A stretch of DNA of 64,000 nucleotides from Planctomycetaceae bacterium (GTDB taxonomy: Bacteria; Planctomycetota; Phycisphaerae; Phycisphaerales; UBA5793), in assembly GCA_040255465.1 (NCBI GenBank), contig JBDZVA010000003.1, positions 621,174 through 685,173 of the forward strand, read 5' to 3'. The number at the start of each line of letters is the position of its first letter. The stretch's first letter is position 1. The notes under the pieces are model-generated. The model did no database searches. It saw only the letters and a program-made list of their open reading frames with translations, and was not told where the DNA came from. This document shows positions 27,916 through 37,425 of this stretch, piece by piece. A program made the translations under genes and the position numbers.

Positions 27916-29286
27916 TCAATCGAATCGATGGACGACGAGTTGGCTGATGGCGCATTCGTTCTGCACCACGGCCTGGAAGAGGATGGTCTGGCCGCGTGCG
28001 ATGAGGGGGACGGGTCGGGTGATGGTCGCGACGCCTTGCTGGTTGGCGACCGCCGTGCCGATGATGGTGGGGTTATCGAGTTGCAGCGCGTTCTGCTGGA
28101 GGTCGCAGCCGGGGATGCGCGTCCCGCCGCCGTGGCGGGAGTAAAGGAAGGTGACGCGAGCGCCGGGGGTGACGCCGGTGACGCGCAGGCCGTTTGTGGT
28201 TCCAGCGCGGCCCGGTTGCGGACCCTGCAAGGTCATCGTGGGAAGTACGGGTGTGAGCAGAAGAGCCCAGTGGTCGTCGTTGTAGCTCGCCGTGACCGGG
28301 ATCTGGCCCGCGTCGTTGATACTCGTTGTTCGTTCCATGATCCAGTCGCGGAGCAGAAAGGGCGGCACGAGATCGTCGAGCAGGATCATCGGCTCGCCGG
28401 GATTGAGCACGAATGCATGCGAATCGAGAACGTTGCCGTTGTCGCCCACGATCTGGCCGACTTCGTTGATGGCGCGCGCGACGCTTCTGGGGCCGATCGT
28501 GAGAGTGTGGATGTCCTCGAGCTCCTCATTCACCCACCTTGTCGCGTGGAACTCGCCGCTGGATACTCTGGAGTACCCAACGATGACGCCTGAGTCGTTT
28601 ATGGCGTAGGCAGCGCTGTCCAAGTTGCTCAGCGCCCCCAGTTCGGTCACTTGGCCGCTCTGCCAGAGCAGCGCCTTCAGCACACCATCAACTCCGTATC
28701 CGTTTCCGACAATGTCCCCGACGTTGTTGATGCCGAACGCCGCGCGTCCATCCCAATCCGGATGAGGCGCCGGCAGCACCCGCATCTGACCGTTTTCCCA
28801 CAGGTACGCCTTCGGTCGACTGCTCTGCATCTCATACTCGGATTCGCCAACGACCTGTCCGGCGTCGTTCATCTCATATGCCACACTCGTCTCGCCGCCG
28901 AGGGTGCCAAGGTCGATGATCTGTCCACGGCGCCAGACGACAGCGCGTCGGTCAAGGATGCTTCCGTTCGGATCGAACCCGGCCCAGCCTGCGATATCGC
29001 CCACTTCATTGATGCACGCGGCGCCAGCGTAGTTTCCTCCGAGCGTGCCAAGATCGACGATTCCGCCGCTATGAGGCCAGAACGAGGCATGGAAGTACCG
29101 CGGGTCAAACCCGGCGCCGCCCACTACGTTACCTGCCGCGTCGATTCCACCCGGTGCGTCGAACTGGTAGGCGCCCCCGAAGTCCGGGAGTTCGAAGACC
29201 GCGTAGCGATACTCCTGTGCCCGCGACTCGTACCCGAGTAATGCGGCCGCCGCAATCACGATCAGGCTCAGGCTTCGACGCATCAT
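27916..29286 (-). CDS. Secreted HAF-repeat protein
   Basis: Signal peptide MMRRSLSLIVIAAAALLGYESRA after GAAGGAG. Repeats of the type LGTLGG..S.AY.(I/M)N..GQ(I/V)VG...HAF... (for example AYEMNDAGQVVG, AFGINNVGDIVG, AYAINDSGVIVG, ARAINEVGQIVG, SHAFVL). Confidence 0.75.
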   Translation of the reverse strand: MMRRSLSLIVIAAAALLGYESRAQEYRYAVFELPDFGGAYQFDAPGGIDAAGNVVGGAGFDPRYFHASFWPHSGGIVDLGTLGGNYAGAACINEVGDIAGWAGFDPNGSILDRRAVVWRRGQIIDLGTLGGETSVAYEMNDAGQVVGESEYEMQSSRPKAYLWENGQMRVLPAPHPDWDGRAAFGINNVGDIVGNGYGVDGVLKALLWQSGQVTELGALSNLDSAAYAINDSGVIVGYSRVSSGEFHATRWVNEELEDIHTLTIGPRSVARAINEVGQIVGDNGNVLDSHAFVLNPGEPMILLDDLVPPFLLRDWIMERTTSINDAGQIPVTASYNDDHWALLLTPVLPTMTLQGPQPGRAGTTNGLRVTGVTPGARVTFLYSRHGGGTRIPGCDLQQNALQLDNPTIIGTAVANQQGVATITRPVPLIARGQTILFQAVVQNECAISQLVVHRFD

Positions 29287-29309
29287 CACTCCTTCTTCCC
29301 CACCCCACC

Positions 29310-29338
29310 AACATACCAGACAACCCGCCGAAGTGCAA
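29310..29338 (-). promoter_or_regulatory. Sigma70-like promoter TTGCAC-N17-TATGTT for the HAF-repeat gene
   Basis: Minus strand reads ttgcac (29338-29333), 17-nt spacer, tatgtt (29315-29310). It lies ~24 nt upstream of ATG 29286, with GAAGGAG between. Confidence 0.4.
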
Positions 29339-29417
29339 GCGAATCTCGGGGAAACTTGCGGAATCCGCCGCGGGCTGAAGGCCATCGTCGCAATTGGCGA
29401 AACACCGGATACGACCA

Positions 29418-29439
29418 CCGCCGGCACTGAGGCCGGCGG
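29418..29439 (-). terminator. Hairpin after the last gene of the cytochrome operon
   Basis: ccgccggc / gccggcgg 8-bp stem with a 6-nt loop, 70 nt past the stop at 29509. The downstream U-tract is weak (gtgttt). Confidence 0.4.
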
Positions 29440-29508
29440 TTGCGGGAGGAAAGATGAACTGGTGCGACCCGACCCGACCGTCAGCGCGGCGGGCCCGTCG
29501 GTGCGGCG

Positions 29509-30510
29509 CTACGGGCGCTCGTCGAGGAGGCGCTGGAGCGCCTGGCGGTAGTGCTCCATGGCTTTGTCGGCCTGGCCCTTCTTCTCATACACGAGGCCAA
29601 GGTAATAGTGCGTGCGGGCGGGGTCGGTGTTGAGCACGAGCGATTCGCTCAGGGTTTTTTCGGCGTCGTCGAGTTTACCGTCGTGATAGAGCAGGATGCC
29701 GCGCTGCAACTTGGCGCGGCGGCTGGCGGGTTCGGCCTTTTGCACTTCTTCGACAAGTGCCTTCGCCTCGTCGAAGCGTTCCGCTGCAATGCACAGCGAG
29801 GCCAGATCGAGGCGCGCTTCCACGTCCGTCGGATCGACTTCCAGCGCCGAGCGCAGTTCGCGCTCGGCTTGCTCGCGCAGTCCCTTTTCGCGAAGCAGGC
29901 CGGCGGCGGCGCGGTGGCGCGCTGCGCGATCGGAGGGAGTGTCGTGGTGGAAGCCCCTGGCGGTGAGATGCTCTTCCAGTTGTTTGTCATCGAGCATGCC
30001 CAGCGCGTGGCGGGCGTAGGCGTCGAGCATGTGGACGTAGTCGGGCTTGTAGCCGGCAATGACATGAGCGAGGCGCCCCTTGGCGTCAACGACGATGGTG
30101 GTGGGCAGAACGATGATGCCGAGCTTGCCGTAGAGCACGCGCTCGAAGTCGAGCCCCATCGGGCCGTGAATGCCGGCGCCGTCGCGGAAGTCGCGGAACC
30201 AGCTCGTCTGCACGACGTCGGCGGTAACGTACTGCACTTCGAGATCATCGCGCTTGAGGTCGGCAAACATCTGCTGCGACTCGACCATGACCTTGGTCGA
30301 ACTGACCTGCTGGGCGGCGACGTAGACGAGCACGAGGGCGCGCTGGCGCGTCGACGGGTTGTCGACGGGCGTGTCGCCGATCGACTTGAGCGAGTAGGTG
30401 GGGATCGGCTGGCCGATTTTGACGACGCGAAGTTCATCACCCAGCGCCGCCGCCGTGAGCCCGAGCGCGAGCGTCGGAATCAGCAGAGTGGTCCAGCGTG
30501 TGGTTCTCAT
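29509..30510 (-). CDS. Periplasmic thioredoxin-fold (no CxxC) + TPR protein
   Basis: 333 aa from ATG 30510 (signal peptide MRTTRWTTLLIPTLALGLTAAALG). The redoxin-like N-terminal half has no cysteine where the CxxC would sit (ALVLVYVAAQQVSS). The C-terminal half has TPR repeats (THYYLGLVYEKKGQADKAMEHYRQAL). The 70 aa added by the longer ORF-track start 30717 are Arg/Ser-rich. Confidence 0.7.
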   Translation of the reverse strand: MRTTRWTTLLIPTLALGLTAAALGDELRVVKIGQPIPTYSLKSIGDTPVDNPSTRQRALVLVYVAAQQVSSTKVMVESQQMFADLKRDDLEVQYVTADVVQTSWFRDFRDGAGIHGPMGLDFERVLYGKLGIIVLPTTIVVDAKGRLAHVIAGYKPDYVHMLDAYARHALGMLDDKQLEEHLTARGFHHDTPSDRAARHRAAAGLLREKGLREQAERELRSALEVDPTDVEARLDLASLCIAAERFDEAKALVEEVQKAEPASRRAKLQRGILLYHDGKLDDAEKTLSESLVLNTDPARTHYYLGLVYEKKGQADKAMEHYRQALQRLLDERP

Positions 30511-30553
30511 GGCATGCCCCTTGTCCGCGGCGAGTGGTGCCGGCGCCGCGCTG

Positions 30554-31999
30554 CTATTTCTTCTTCTCTTCGACCGGCTTGGCTGCGCCCGTCTTGCCTT
30601 CGCCCGGCCAGATCGCCGGCTTGTCGGGCGGCGGATACACGACGGGCTTGTCGCGGTTGTATTCGTACGGCACGTGGCATCCGGGCGCACACTTGCCGCC
30701 GTCGTTGAGTTTTTCAAAGTTGATCGGCAGCATCCAGCCGCCCGTGCCGAATGGCACCGAGTCGCGGATGTGGTTTTCCTTGTTGCTCGCGTGCGTTTCG
30801 TGGCAGGCGCGGCAGGTGCGGCCCTTGGTCTCTTTGTTCACGTGCAGGTAGTGCAGGTTGAGATCGCCGTTGCGGAAGTTGGTCAGCGCGGTGGTCCGCT
30901 CGTCGTGCACGACGTCTTTGTCGTGGCAGGAGAAGCACAGGGCGTAGCTCTCTTCGCGGAACGGAGCGTAGAACTGCGGCGGATACTCCTTGATGAGCAG
31001 GCGGAAGTTGCCCCCGCCGTGGATCTCGTGGCACGCGGCGCAGTTGCCCTGCGCGACGGGACCGTGCAGGCTCTTACCCGTGGCGAAGACGGCTTTCATG
31101 TTCGAGAGGTCGCGGCCGTCGGGCATCTTGATCTTGCGGTCGTGGCACTTGAGGCACAGATCCACCATGTCGGTCTTGAGGATCGACGCGAAATCAGACG
31201 CGTGCGGCTCGTGGCAGTTGAGGCATTCCTGATCGGTCGTGACCGCGGCGTGCTGCGTGGTGGCCGTGTCGACGATGTGCTTGATCGACTCGTGGCACGA
31301 GAGGCACAGCGCCTTCTTCTCTTCGTGCAGCATCATCGGATGGTCGGAGGCGTGCGGATCGTGGCAGGCCGTGCAGTCGGTGTTGACCGGGCCGTGCACG
31401 TAGCGCATCGTGTCGAGCTGTTCCTTGGTGGAGGTGTGGCACTGGATACAGAGTTCGCGTCCCTCGGTCAGCAGCAGGTGCTGATTCTTCGAACTGTGCG
31501 GCGAGTGGCAAGCCGCGCAAGCCCCGGCGGCCACCGGACCGTGGACCGATGACTTGCCGGCAAAGACGTTTTCGTGGCACTGCGAACACAGCGCCGATGG
31601 GCTCTCGGCCTTGAGCAGCAGGCGACTGGTTCCGCCGTGCGGATTGTGGCACGAGAGGCAATCGCCGGTCTTGAGCGGCTCGTGGACCGTCGTCGCGTCC
31701 TTCATATCCATTTCGTGGCAGAAGAGGCACAGATCCTTGGCCTCGCGCACGAGCGCGAAGGTGTGGTCCTTGGCGCTGACGGTGCTGTGGCAGGCATCGC
31801 ACGCGCCGACGGCGACGGGGCCGTGCGTGACGGCGTGGTCCTTGACGGCGGCGTGACAGCCGGACGTCATGCAGGACCCGGGGGCGATCTCGATGGTCGG
31901 CCTGACGTCGGGCGGCTGAATCTGAAAACCCATTCCCAGGAGCGCCACTCCCACCGTCAACATCCCCGTTCCGGCAAGCAGTCTTCGACTGAGTCTCAT
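30554..31999 (-). CDS. Multihaem c-type cytochrome, 15 haem motifs (paralog C)
   Basis: 481 aa with a signal/TM N-terminus. 13 CxxCH, plus N-terminal CMTSGCH (Cx4CH) and C-terminal CAPGCH (Cx3CH). Recurrent HGPV..G.C..CH spacing (paired-CXXCH style). The start overlaps the upstream stop by 4 nt. Confidence 0.9.
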   Translation of the reverse strand: MRLSRRLLAGTGMLTVGVALLGMGFQIQPPDVRPTIEIAPGSCMTSGCHAAVKDHAVTHGPVAVGACDACHSTVSAKDHTFALVREAKDLCLFCHEMDMKDATTVHEPLKTGDCLSCHNPHGGTSRLLLKAESPSALCSQCHENVFAGKSSVHGPVAAGACAACHSPHSSKNQHLLLTEGRELCIQCHTSTKEQLDTMRYVHGPVNTDCTACHDPHASDHPMMLHEEKKALCLSCHESIKHIVDTATTQHAAVTTDQECLNCHEPHASDFASILKTDMVDLCLKCHDRKIKMPDGRDLSNMKAVFATGKSLHGPVAQGNCAACHEIHGGGNFRLLIKEYPPQFYAPFREESYALCFSCHDKDVVHDERTTALTNFRNGDLNLHYLHVNKETKGRTCRACHETHASNKENHIRDSVPFGTGGWMLPINFEKLNDGGKCAPGCHVPYEYNRDKPVVYPPPDKPAIWPGEGKTGAAKPVEEKKK

Positions 32000-33588
32000 G
32001 GCTGACCTCCCGATTCTTTTCCATCATCGCCCGTCGTCGGTTGTTCACCTAGCGCTGGGGTTGGCTCCGGACCATCGCCCGGCTTGCGGTGATACGTCAT
32101 CGCGACGTGGCAGCCCGGCGTGCACTTGCCGCCGTCTTCCATGCGTTCAAATCCGATGGGCATCAACCACTTCGAGTTTTCAAACGGCACCTGCGAAGCG
32201 AGATGTCGCTCCTGATCGGAGCCGTGAATGGCATGGCAGGTCTTGCAGGATCGTCCCTTTTCGTCGCGGTTCACGTGGAGGTAGTGGAGGTTGCGATCCC
32301 CATCGCGGAAGTCGGTCAGTGACGTCGTCTTTTCTGAGGTGACGAGATCCTTGGGATGGCAACTGAAGCACAGCGCGTAGTCCGCGAGATCGAACTTGGC
32401 GTAGAACCCGCTGGGGAACTCCTGCTTGAGCAGTCGATTATGCGTTGAGCCGTGCACGTTGTGGCAGGCGGAGCAATCGCCGGTCTCCACGGGGCCGTGC
32501 AGGAAGCGCTTGCCGCTCACGCTCGAGGTCATGTCGGGAATGGTGCGGCCGTCCGCCGCCTTGACCGGCTGGCTGTGGCATGAGAGGCACAGCGTCGTCT
32601 GGCGATCGCGAAGCAGCTTGGGGCGGCCCGCCGCGTGCGGATCGTGGCAGTTGGCGCAGGACTCGCCGGTGAAGACCGCAGCGTGCGGCGTGGTGGCGCC
32701 GTTGATTGCTTCGCCGAGTCCGGTGTGGCAGTCGAGGCAGAGTTGTTCGATCGGCTTCTTGAGGTGAAACTCGACATCGGACGTATGCGCGCTATGGCAG
32801 GTCGTGCAATCCTGCTTGGCGGGATCATGCACGAAGGGTGCGTTGGCGATGACGTACTTGGTGTCGGTGTGACAGGTGAAGCAGTGTTCGGCGGCGTCGC
32901 CGCCCCGCAGCAGGTGGGCGTTGTTCGATTCGTGGGGCTGGTGGCACGCGGAACACTCGCCGGCGGCGTATGGACCGTGCGGGTGTTTGCCTTGATCGAG
33001 CACGTGGCACTCGACACAGGTCTCCTGTACGGTGCTCTTCACGAGCAGGAACTTGCGGCCGGCGTGCGGATCATGGCAGCCGATGCAGCCGGGCTCCTCG
33101 AGGGCGGCGTGCTTGTGCAGTTGCGTGTTGCCGGTCTGGTGGCAGAAGGAGCACGTGCTGTTTCCCTCGCGGAGAAGCGGATAGACATGTCCACCCGTGT
33201 CGGCGGCGTGACATGAGAAGCAGTCGCCAGCCGCGAGCGGGCCGTGGAGCCGGTCCGCGAGGCCGAAGTTGGCGTGGCACTCGGGAGTGATGCAGGTGGT
33301 CCCCTCAGGAAGCGCCCCAGTGGGGCGCGAGGCGGGATGGTCGGCCGCGATGAACCGGGGCGTAGCGGGTTTGACCGACGAACTCGAAGGTGAGTCCATG
33401 TACCGCATGGCGGTGTCGGCGGATCGCGAGATCGTCGCCTCTTTGGGCGGCTGGGATTTCTTGTCTTTGCATCCGCCGAGGAGGAGCAATGAGATCAGCA
33501 GCGCACTGCCGACTTCCCACGCAGCCGCCCGCCCGCGGCGCACCGGCCGCAGGTCGAGTCGCTGGACGGTGGTCGGGCGCGGGTTCAT
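31996..33588 (-). CDS. Multihaem c-type cytochrome, 15 haem motifs (paralog B)
   Basis: 530 aa. TM SALLISLLLLGG, lipobox-like GGC. 13 CxxCH plus CITPECH and CTPGCH. The C-terminal block FRDGDRNLHYLHVNRDEKGRSCKTCH...GGKCTPGCH is shared with paralogs A and C. Confidence 0.9.
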   Translation of the reverse strand: MNPRPTTVQRLDLRPVRRGRAAAWEVGSALLISLLLLGGCKDKKSQPPKEATISRSADTAMRYMDSPSSSSVKPATPRFIAADHPASRPTGALPEGTTCITPECHANFGLADRLHGPLAAGDCFSCHAADTGGHVYPLLREGNSTCSFCHQTGNTQLHKHAALEEPGCIGCHDPHAGRKFLLVKSTVQETCVECHVLDQGKHPHGPYAAGECSACHQPHESNNAHLLRGGDAAEHCFTCHTDTKYVIANAPFVHDPAKQDCTTCHSAHTSDVEFHLKKPIEQLCLDCHTGLGEAINGATTPHAAVFTGESCANCHDPHAAGRPKLLRDRQTTLCLSCHSQPVKAADGRTIPDMTSSVSGKRFLHGPVETGDCSACHNVHGSTHNRLLKQEFPSGFYAKFDLADYALCFSCHPKDLVTSEKTTSLTDFRDGDRNLHYLHVNRDEKGRSCKTCHAIHGSDQERHLASQVPFENSKWLMPIGFERMEDGGKCTPGCHVAMTYHRKPGDGPEPTPALGEQPTTGDDGKESGGQP

Positions 33589-35111
33589 TACGGCTCTTTC
33601 TCCGGTTGCTGGGGCGCGAGGCGCTTGACGATCTCCTTGCTGTTGTCGATAGAGAGACTCAGCAGCGCCGTGGCGTAGGTGACGTTGTGTACGCCGTGCG
33701 AGGTCTTGACGAACTGAACGTTCTCGGCGGCATCGTTGAAGAGCCGCTGCAGTTCCAATCGCTCAGCATCGCTGGTGATGGATGCACTCGCCATCGCGAC
33801 TCGCGCGCCTTCGACAGCCACTTCCGCCTGGGTCAGCAGTTCGCTCACCGAGTTTTTCCAGATGTCGAGCACGCCGATGTAGCGGTTGCCGTGACAGGAG
33901 TCGCAGGCTTTCTGTGCGGCGAGGTAGGTGTATCCCGATACGCCGTGCGAGGCGCCGCTGGTTTCTTCGAGGTGGCAAGCGATGCAGTCGACCTGTGCGG
34001 TGAACATTGGGCTGGGCATGCTGGGCACGCCCTGGCCGCCCGTGCCGCTGTACATCTTGGCGGGGCCCGAGTGGGTCGACTCGTGGCACTGATTGCAGCC
34101 TTCGGCATCCTCGCCGGTCTGGTGGATCGTGCCTGCGAGGGTGAGAGCCCGATTGGTATTGGCGTTGAGGTGATGCTCAATCTGCACGTGGCAGTTGGAG
34201 CACTCGATCTTGTTGTCGGTGACGTGGGCGCGGTGCATGAGTTGCGTTTCGCCGTACTTGGCGAGTTGTTGCGGCTGGTTGTGACAGGTCCAGCAGAGTT
34301 GGCGAGGCACTTCGCCGTCGCCCTTGATTGCTTCCGAGTGGCAGTTTTCGCAGGCGACCTTGCGGTCGAGGTATTCCTGGTGGTTGAAGATGCCGGTGGC
34401 CAGTCGGATGTCGCCCTTGGGGGCGCCGTGGCATGATCCGCAGCCGCCTAGAACTTCCTCATCGCGTCCGTGCTTGACGCCTTTGAAGTGGCAGGTGAAG
34501 CAGGTATCGAGCGTGACGACGAGGTGCTGACCCTGGACGATTTGCGAGTGACAGGAGACGCAACGGAGTTGCTTGCCGCGGCGCAGTTCGCCCAGATGCG
34601 GGGTGTGGTTGAAGTGGATCTTGATCGTGTCGCCGCGCTGTGTCGGCACTTCCCATTCGACGAGGCCGTCGAGCAGGCGGTGCTCATGGCATCCATCGCG
34701 CAGACAGGAGTCGTCGCGGATTTCAGCGTGCGGCTTGGAGCCGTAGGTCCGAGTGAGGTACTTGGCGACCTGGCTGCTGGCCTGCCACTTTCCCTTGAGC
34801 GTGTTCTCGAAGCCGGGTTCGAAGTGGCAGTCAACGCAGGGGACATCCTTGTGGGACGACTCGTGCCAGGCCTGGTAGTAGGGCTCCATGATGTGGCAGC
34901 CGCGGCAGAAATCCGGCTCCATCGAATACTCGGCGAAGGCCAGACTGCCGCCGACGATGATCACGACGCCGTACGCCATTTTGGCCCAGATCGTCAATCC
35001 GTACGGAAGCCAGCTCCGGTTGACGCGCTTGAGACCGAGAACTCTCCCCCATGTGGGAATCGGGGGCTTGGAATCGGGGGCCGTTTTCTCATTTTCGGCA
35101 GCAATAGTCAT
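33588..35111 (-). CDS. Membrane-anchored NapC/NirT-like multihaem cytochrome (12 haem motifs)
   Basis: N-terminal TM WAKMAYGVVIIVGGSLAFAEY followed directly by CRGCH...CVDCH as in NapC/NirT/CymA. 11 CxxCH plus CLRDGCH. ATG 35111 is preferred; ORF-track start 35180 would overlap the upstream gene by 20 nt. The stop overlaps the next start (TAATG). Confidence 0.85.
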   Translation of the reverse strand: MTIAAENEKTAPDSKPPIPTWGRVLGLKRVNRSWLPYGLTIWAKMAYGVVIIVGGSLAFAEYSMEPDFCRGCHIMEPYYQAWHESSHKDVPCVDCHFEPGFENTLKGKWQASSQVAKYLTRTYGSKPHAEIRDDSCLRDGCHEHRLLDGLVEWEVPTQRGDTIKIHFNHTPHLGELRRGKQLRCVSCHSQIVQGQHLVVTLDTCFTCHFKGVKHGRDEEVLGGCGSCHGAPKGDIRLATGIFNHQEYLDRKVACENCHSEAIKGDGEVPRQLCWTCHNQPQQLAKYGETQLMHRAHVTDNKIECSNCHVQIEHHLNANTNRALTLAGTIHQTGEDAEGCNQCHESTHSGPAKMYSGTGGQGVPSMPSPMFTAQVDCIACHLEETSGASHGVSGYTYLAAQKACDSCHGNRYIGVLDIWKNSVSELLTQAEVAVEGARVAMASASITSDAERLELQRLFNDAAENVQFVKTSHGVHNVTYATALLSLSIDNSKEIVKRLAPQQPEKEP

Positions 35112-35160
35112 GTCAGGCTCCATTCCGGACATCAGGGTGCAATTCCCGTGCCGACTGAGG

Positions 35161-37413
35161 CTAAAGAGCGCGAAGTCCACCCAGAATAATGAGTACCACC
35201 ATGCCCGTACCGACGAGCATTGCCAGCACCCCGACCACGATCGCCGCGAGCCGCTGCCAGCGCGGCGCCGGAGTTGTGCGGAACTTGTCCAGCCGGTTGC
35301 GCTCGACGAGGTGGGCGTACTCGGCAGCCCGCTCGTGCTTCATTTCCTCCTCGGGCACCCGCCCGGTGAAGATGACGTCGTCGACGGGGAATTTCTCCAG
35401 CCGCAGGTGGGCGTTGAAGAAGTGGATGGTGAAGATGAAGCCGACCGCGAGCAGCGCTTCGTAGCCGTGGACGACCATGGCGATGTTGAAGACCCAGCCC
35501 GGCAGCCAGTTGGCGACGAGTTCGGGGAACCAGAGCAACAGGCCTGAGCCACCGATGATGAACGTGCCGATGATCTCGGCCCAGTAGTCAAATTTCTCCC
35601 AGTAGGTCCAGCGACCGAAGGACGGCTTGCCGCGGCCGGTGAAGAACCAGCGCCACATGCCAAAGCAGTCTTTGACGTCCTTCCAGCGCGGGAAGAGCGA
35701 GTGCGGGCCGAAGAGCCAGCCGAGCACCGTCCTGGTCGGCCCCAGCGGGGTCGAGCGGGCCTGCTCGGCAACTTCCCGCCCGGCGCGAATCGTTCCGATG
35801 ACGTGGAGGACGAAGTTGAACATCAACATGATGGCGAAGAACCGGTGCCAGTTGCCGGCGGCATCCACGCCGCCAAAGACATCCGCAATCGTGAGCGCCC
35901 AGGGGCGATCGGAGAAGAACAGCGGAATACCGGTGAAGGTCAGGCCAAAGAAGCTGATGATGACCAGGATGTGATTGACGCGGTTGATGCGCGTGAAGCG
36001 GCGAATCGCCACCCCACCGCGATGGTCCGGTCGCGGGCCGTTGCGCTTGCGCTCGATGGACATCCGGATAAACCACATGATCGAGTGGAGACCGAAGAAC
36101 CCGAACGCGGCGGAAATGACGATGAGGAAGTAGAGCCAGACGCCGTGCAGCAGCGGATAGCGGGCGCCGTCTCGATAGTCCGCGTGCGGATCGAAGAGAG
36201 CGAAACTGGGCGTCGCATTCTCGTGGCACTTGGCGCAGACCTGGACGCGATGTTCGCCGTGCAGGGTCGAGTCCGGATCGCTGATGGGCCGGATGTCGTG
36301 TGCCCCGTGGCAGTCGCTGCAGCGTGCGGCTCGCATGGAGCCCAGCCTGGTCACCTGGCCGTGGTAGCTGGCGCGATAGGTTTCGTAGAACGTGGCTCGC
36401 CGGGTGCCCGACATCGCCGGATCGTCGTGGCACTCGCCGCACTCATTGACGATGTCGAGCATGAACGACGGTACATTGGTGCGCGTAATGCCGTGCGCGG
36501 TGTGGCAGTCGGTGCAGACCGGCGCCTTGTGCGTTTTCTGATCGCCATTGGCGAGCACTTGCGCATGCACGCTTTTGGCGTACGTTTCGTTGATCCCGAC
36601 ATGGCAGCGGCCACATGTCGTCGGCACATTGACGCGATTGACCAGCGCGCGTTCGTCGGCGGCGGGATGAATCTCGTGCGCGCCGTGGCAATCGGCACAT
36701 GTGGCGGCGACAACCAGGCCGCCTCGTGTGACCAGTTGTCCGTGAACGCTGTCAAGATAGGCCCCGACCAGCGCTTCGCCGCCCCCCTCGACCGAGGGGT
36801 TTGTGGCATGCTGCTTGTGGCAGCCGGCGCAGGTCGCGACGATGTTGATCGGATAGGTCTTTGAATTGCGATCGCGTGGTGGGAGGATGTCGTGTCCGCC
36901 GTGACAGGTGGCGCACCGTGGCGCCGGCCCGTTTCCGACGCCGGGTTTTTCGGCGTGCACGCCCCGCACGAACGCCGCGCCCTCCGAAGTGTGACACCCA
37001 GAGGTCGTACAGGAAGCGGGCTGAAGCGTCTGGCCATGGGGTAACGCGGCAGCATCCACATGGCACTGCACGCACGAAAGAGTTGAGTGTTCGGGGAAAG
37101 GCATCTGTTCGGCTGAAAGGAAGAGCCCCGGCCGGGTCGGAGGCTCGTCCGGTCCCGGCAGGTTTTCGCGATCGGCCTGTCCGATCATCGACCGTCGCTC
37201 GAACGGATCGAGTGTGGCGATGTGGGCCTGCCCGTGGCAGTTCAGGCAGCGGCGGTTGTCGGCCGGCGTCGGGGCCGGTTGCGCACCAACGGATCCAACG
37301 GCCCACATCCAGGCGCTCAACCCAACCAGAAACACAATGGCGCGGGAAACCACACGAGACTTCGACCGCTCAGCGCGGCAGCGCTTTTCGATCTTGTTTC
37401 TCAACACCTTCAC
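35161..37413 (-). CDS. Fusion: periplasmic 11-haem c-type cytochrome + multi-TM b-type cytochrome domain (CbcL-like architecture)
   Basis: 750 aa with a GTG start and signal peptide. 10 CxxCH plus CTTSGCH in the first ~400 aa. Then come 5-6 hydrophobic helices with conserved His (LHSIMWFI, VNHILVIISFFG, NWHRFFAIMLMFNFVLHVIG, MVVHGYEALL, IHFFNAHL), resembling FdnI/HydC-type cytochrome b. Confidence 0.8.
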   Translation of the reverse strand: MKVLRNKIEKRCRAERSKSRVVSRAIVFLVGLSAWMWAVGSVGAQPAPTPADNRRCLNCHGQAHIATLDPFERRSMIGQADRENLPGPDEPPTRPGLFLSAEQMPFPEHSTLSCVQCHVDAAALPHGQTLQPASCTTSGCHTSEGAAFVRGVHAEKPGVGNGPAPRCATCHGGHDILPPRDRNSKTYPINIVATCAGCHKQHATNPSVEGGGEALVGAYLDSVHGQLVTRGGLVVAATCADCHGAHEIHPAADERALVNRVNVPTTCGRCHVGINETYAKSVHAQVLANGDQKTHKAPVCTDCHTAHGITRTNVPSFMLDIVNECGECHDDPAMSGTRRATFYETYRASYHGQVTRLGSMRAARCSDCHGAHDIRPISDPDSTLHGEHRVQVCAKCHENATPSFALFDPHADYRDGARYPLLHGVWLYFLIVISAAFGFFGLHSIMWFIRMSIERKRNGPRPDHRGGVAIRRFTRINRVNHILVIISFFGLTFTGIPLFFSDRPWALTIADVFGGVDAAGNWHRFFAIMLMFNFVLHVIGTIRAGREVAEQARSTPLGPTRTVLGWLFGPHSLFPRWKDVKDCFGMWRWFFTGRGKPSFGRWTYWEKFDYWAEIIGTFIIGGSGLLLWFPELVANWLPGWVFNIAMVVHGYEALLAVGFIFTIHFFNAHLRLEKFPVDDVIFTGRVPEEEMKHERAAEYAHLVERNRLDKFRTTPAPRWQRLAAIVVGVLAMLVGTGMVVLIILGGLRAL

Positions 37414-37425
37414 AATGCACCCGCC

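Noticed and set aside
30554-37413. Interpretation of the cytochromes as nitrite reductase (NrfA/NrfH) or hydroxylamine oxidoreductase.
   Set aside because: I found no CxxCK haem motif. I recognised no HAO-like octahaem protein or other catalytic subunit. All motifs are CxxCH or CxnCH.
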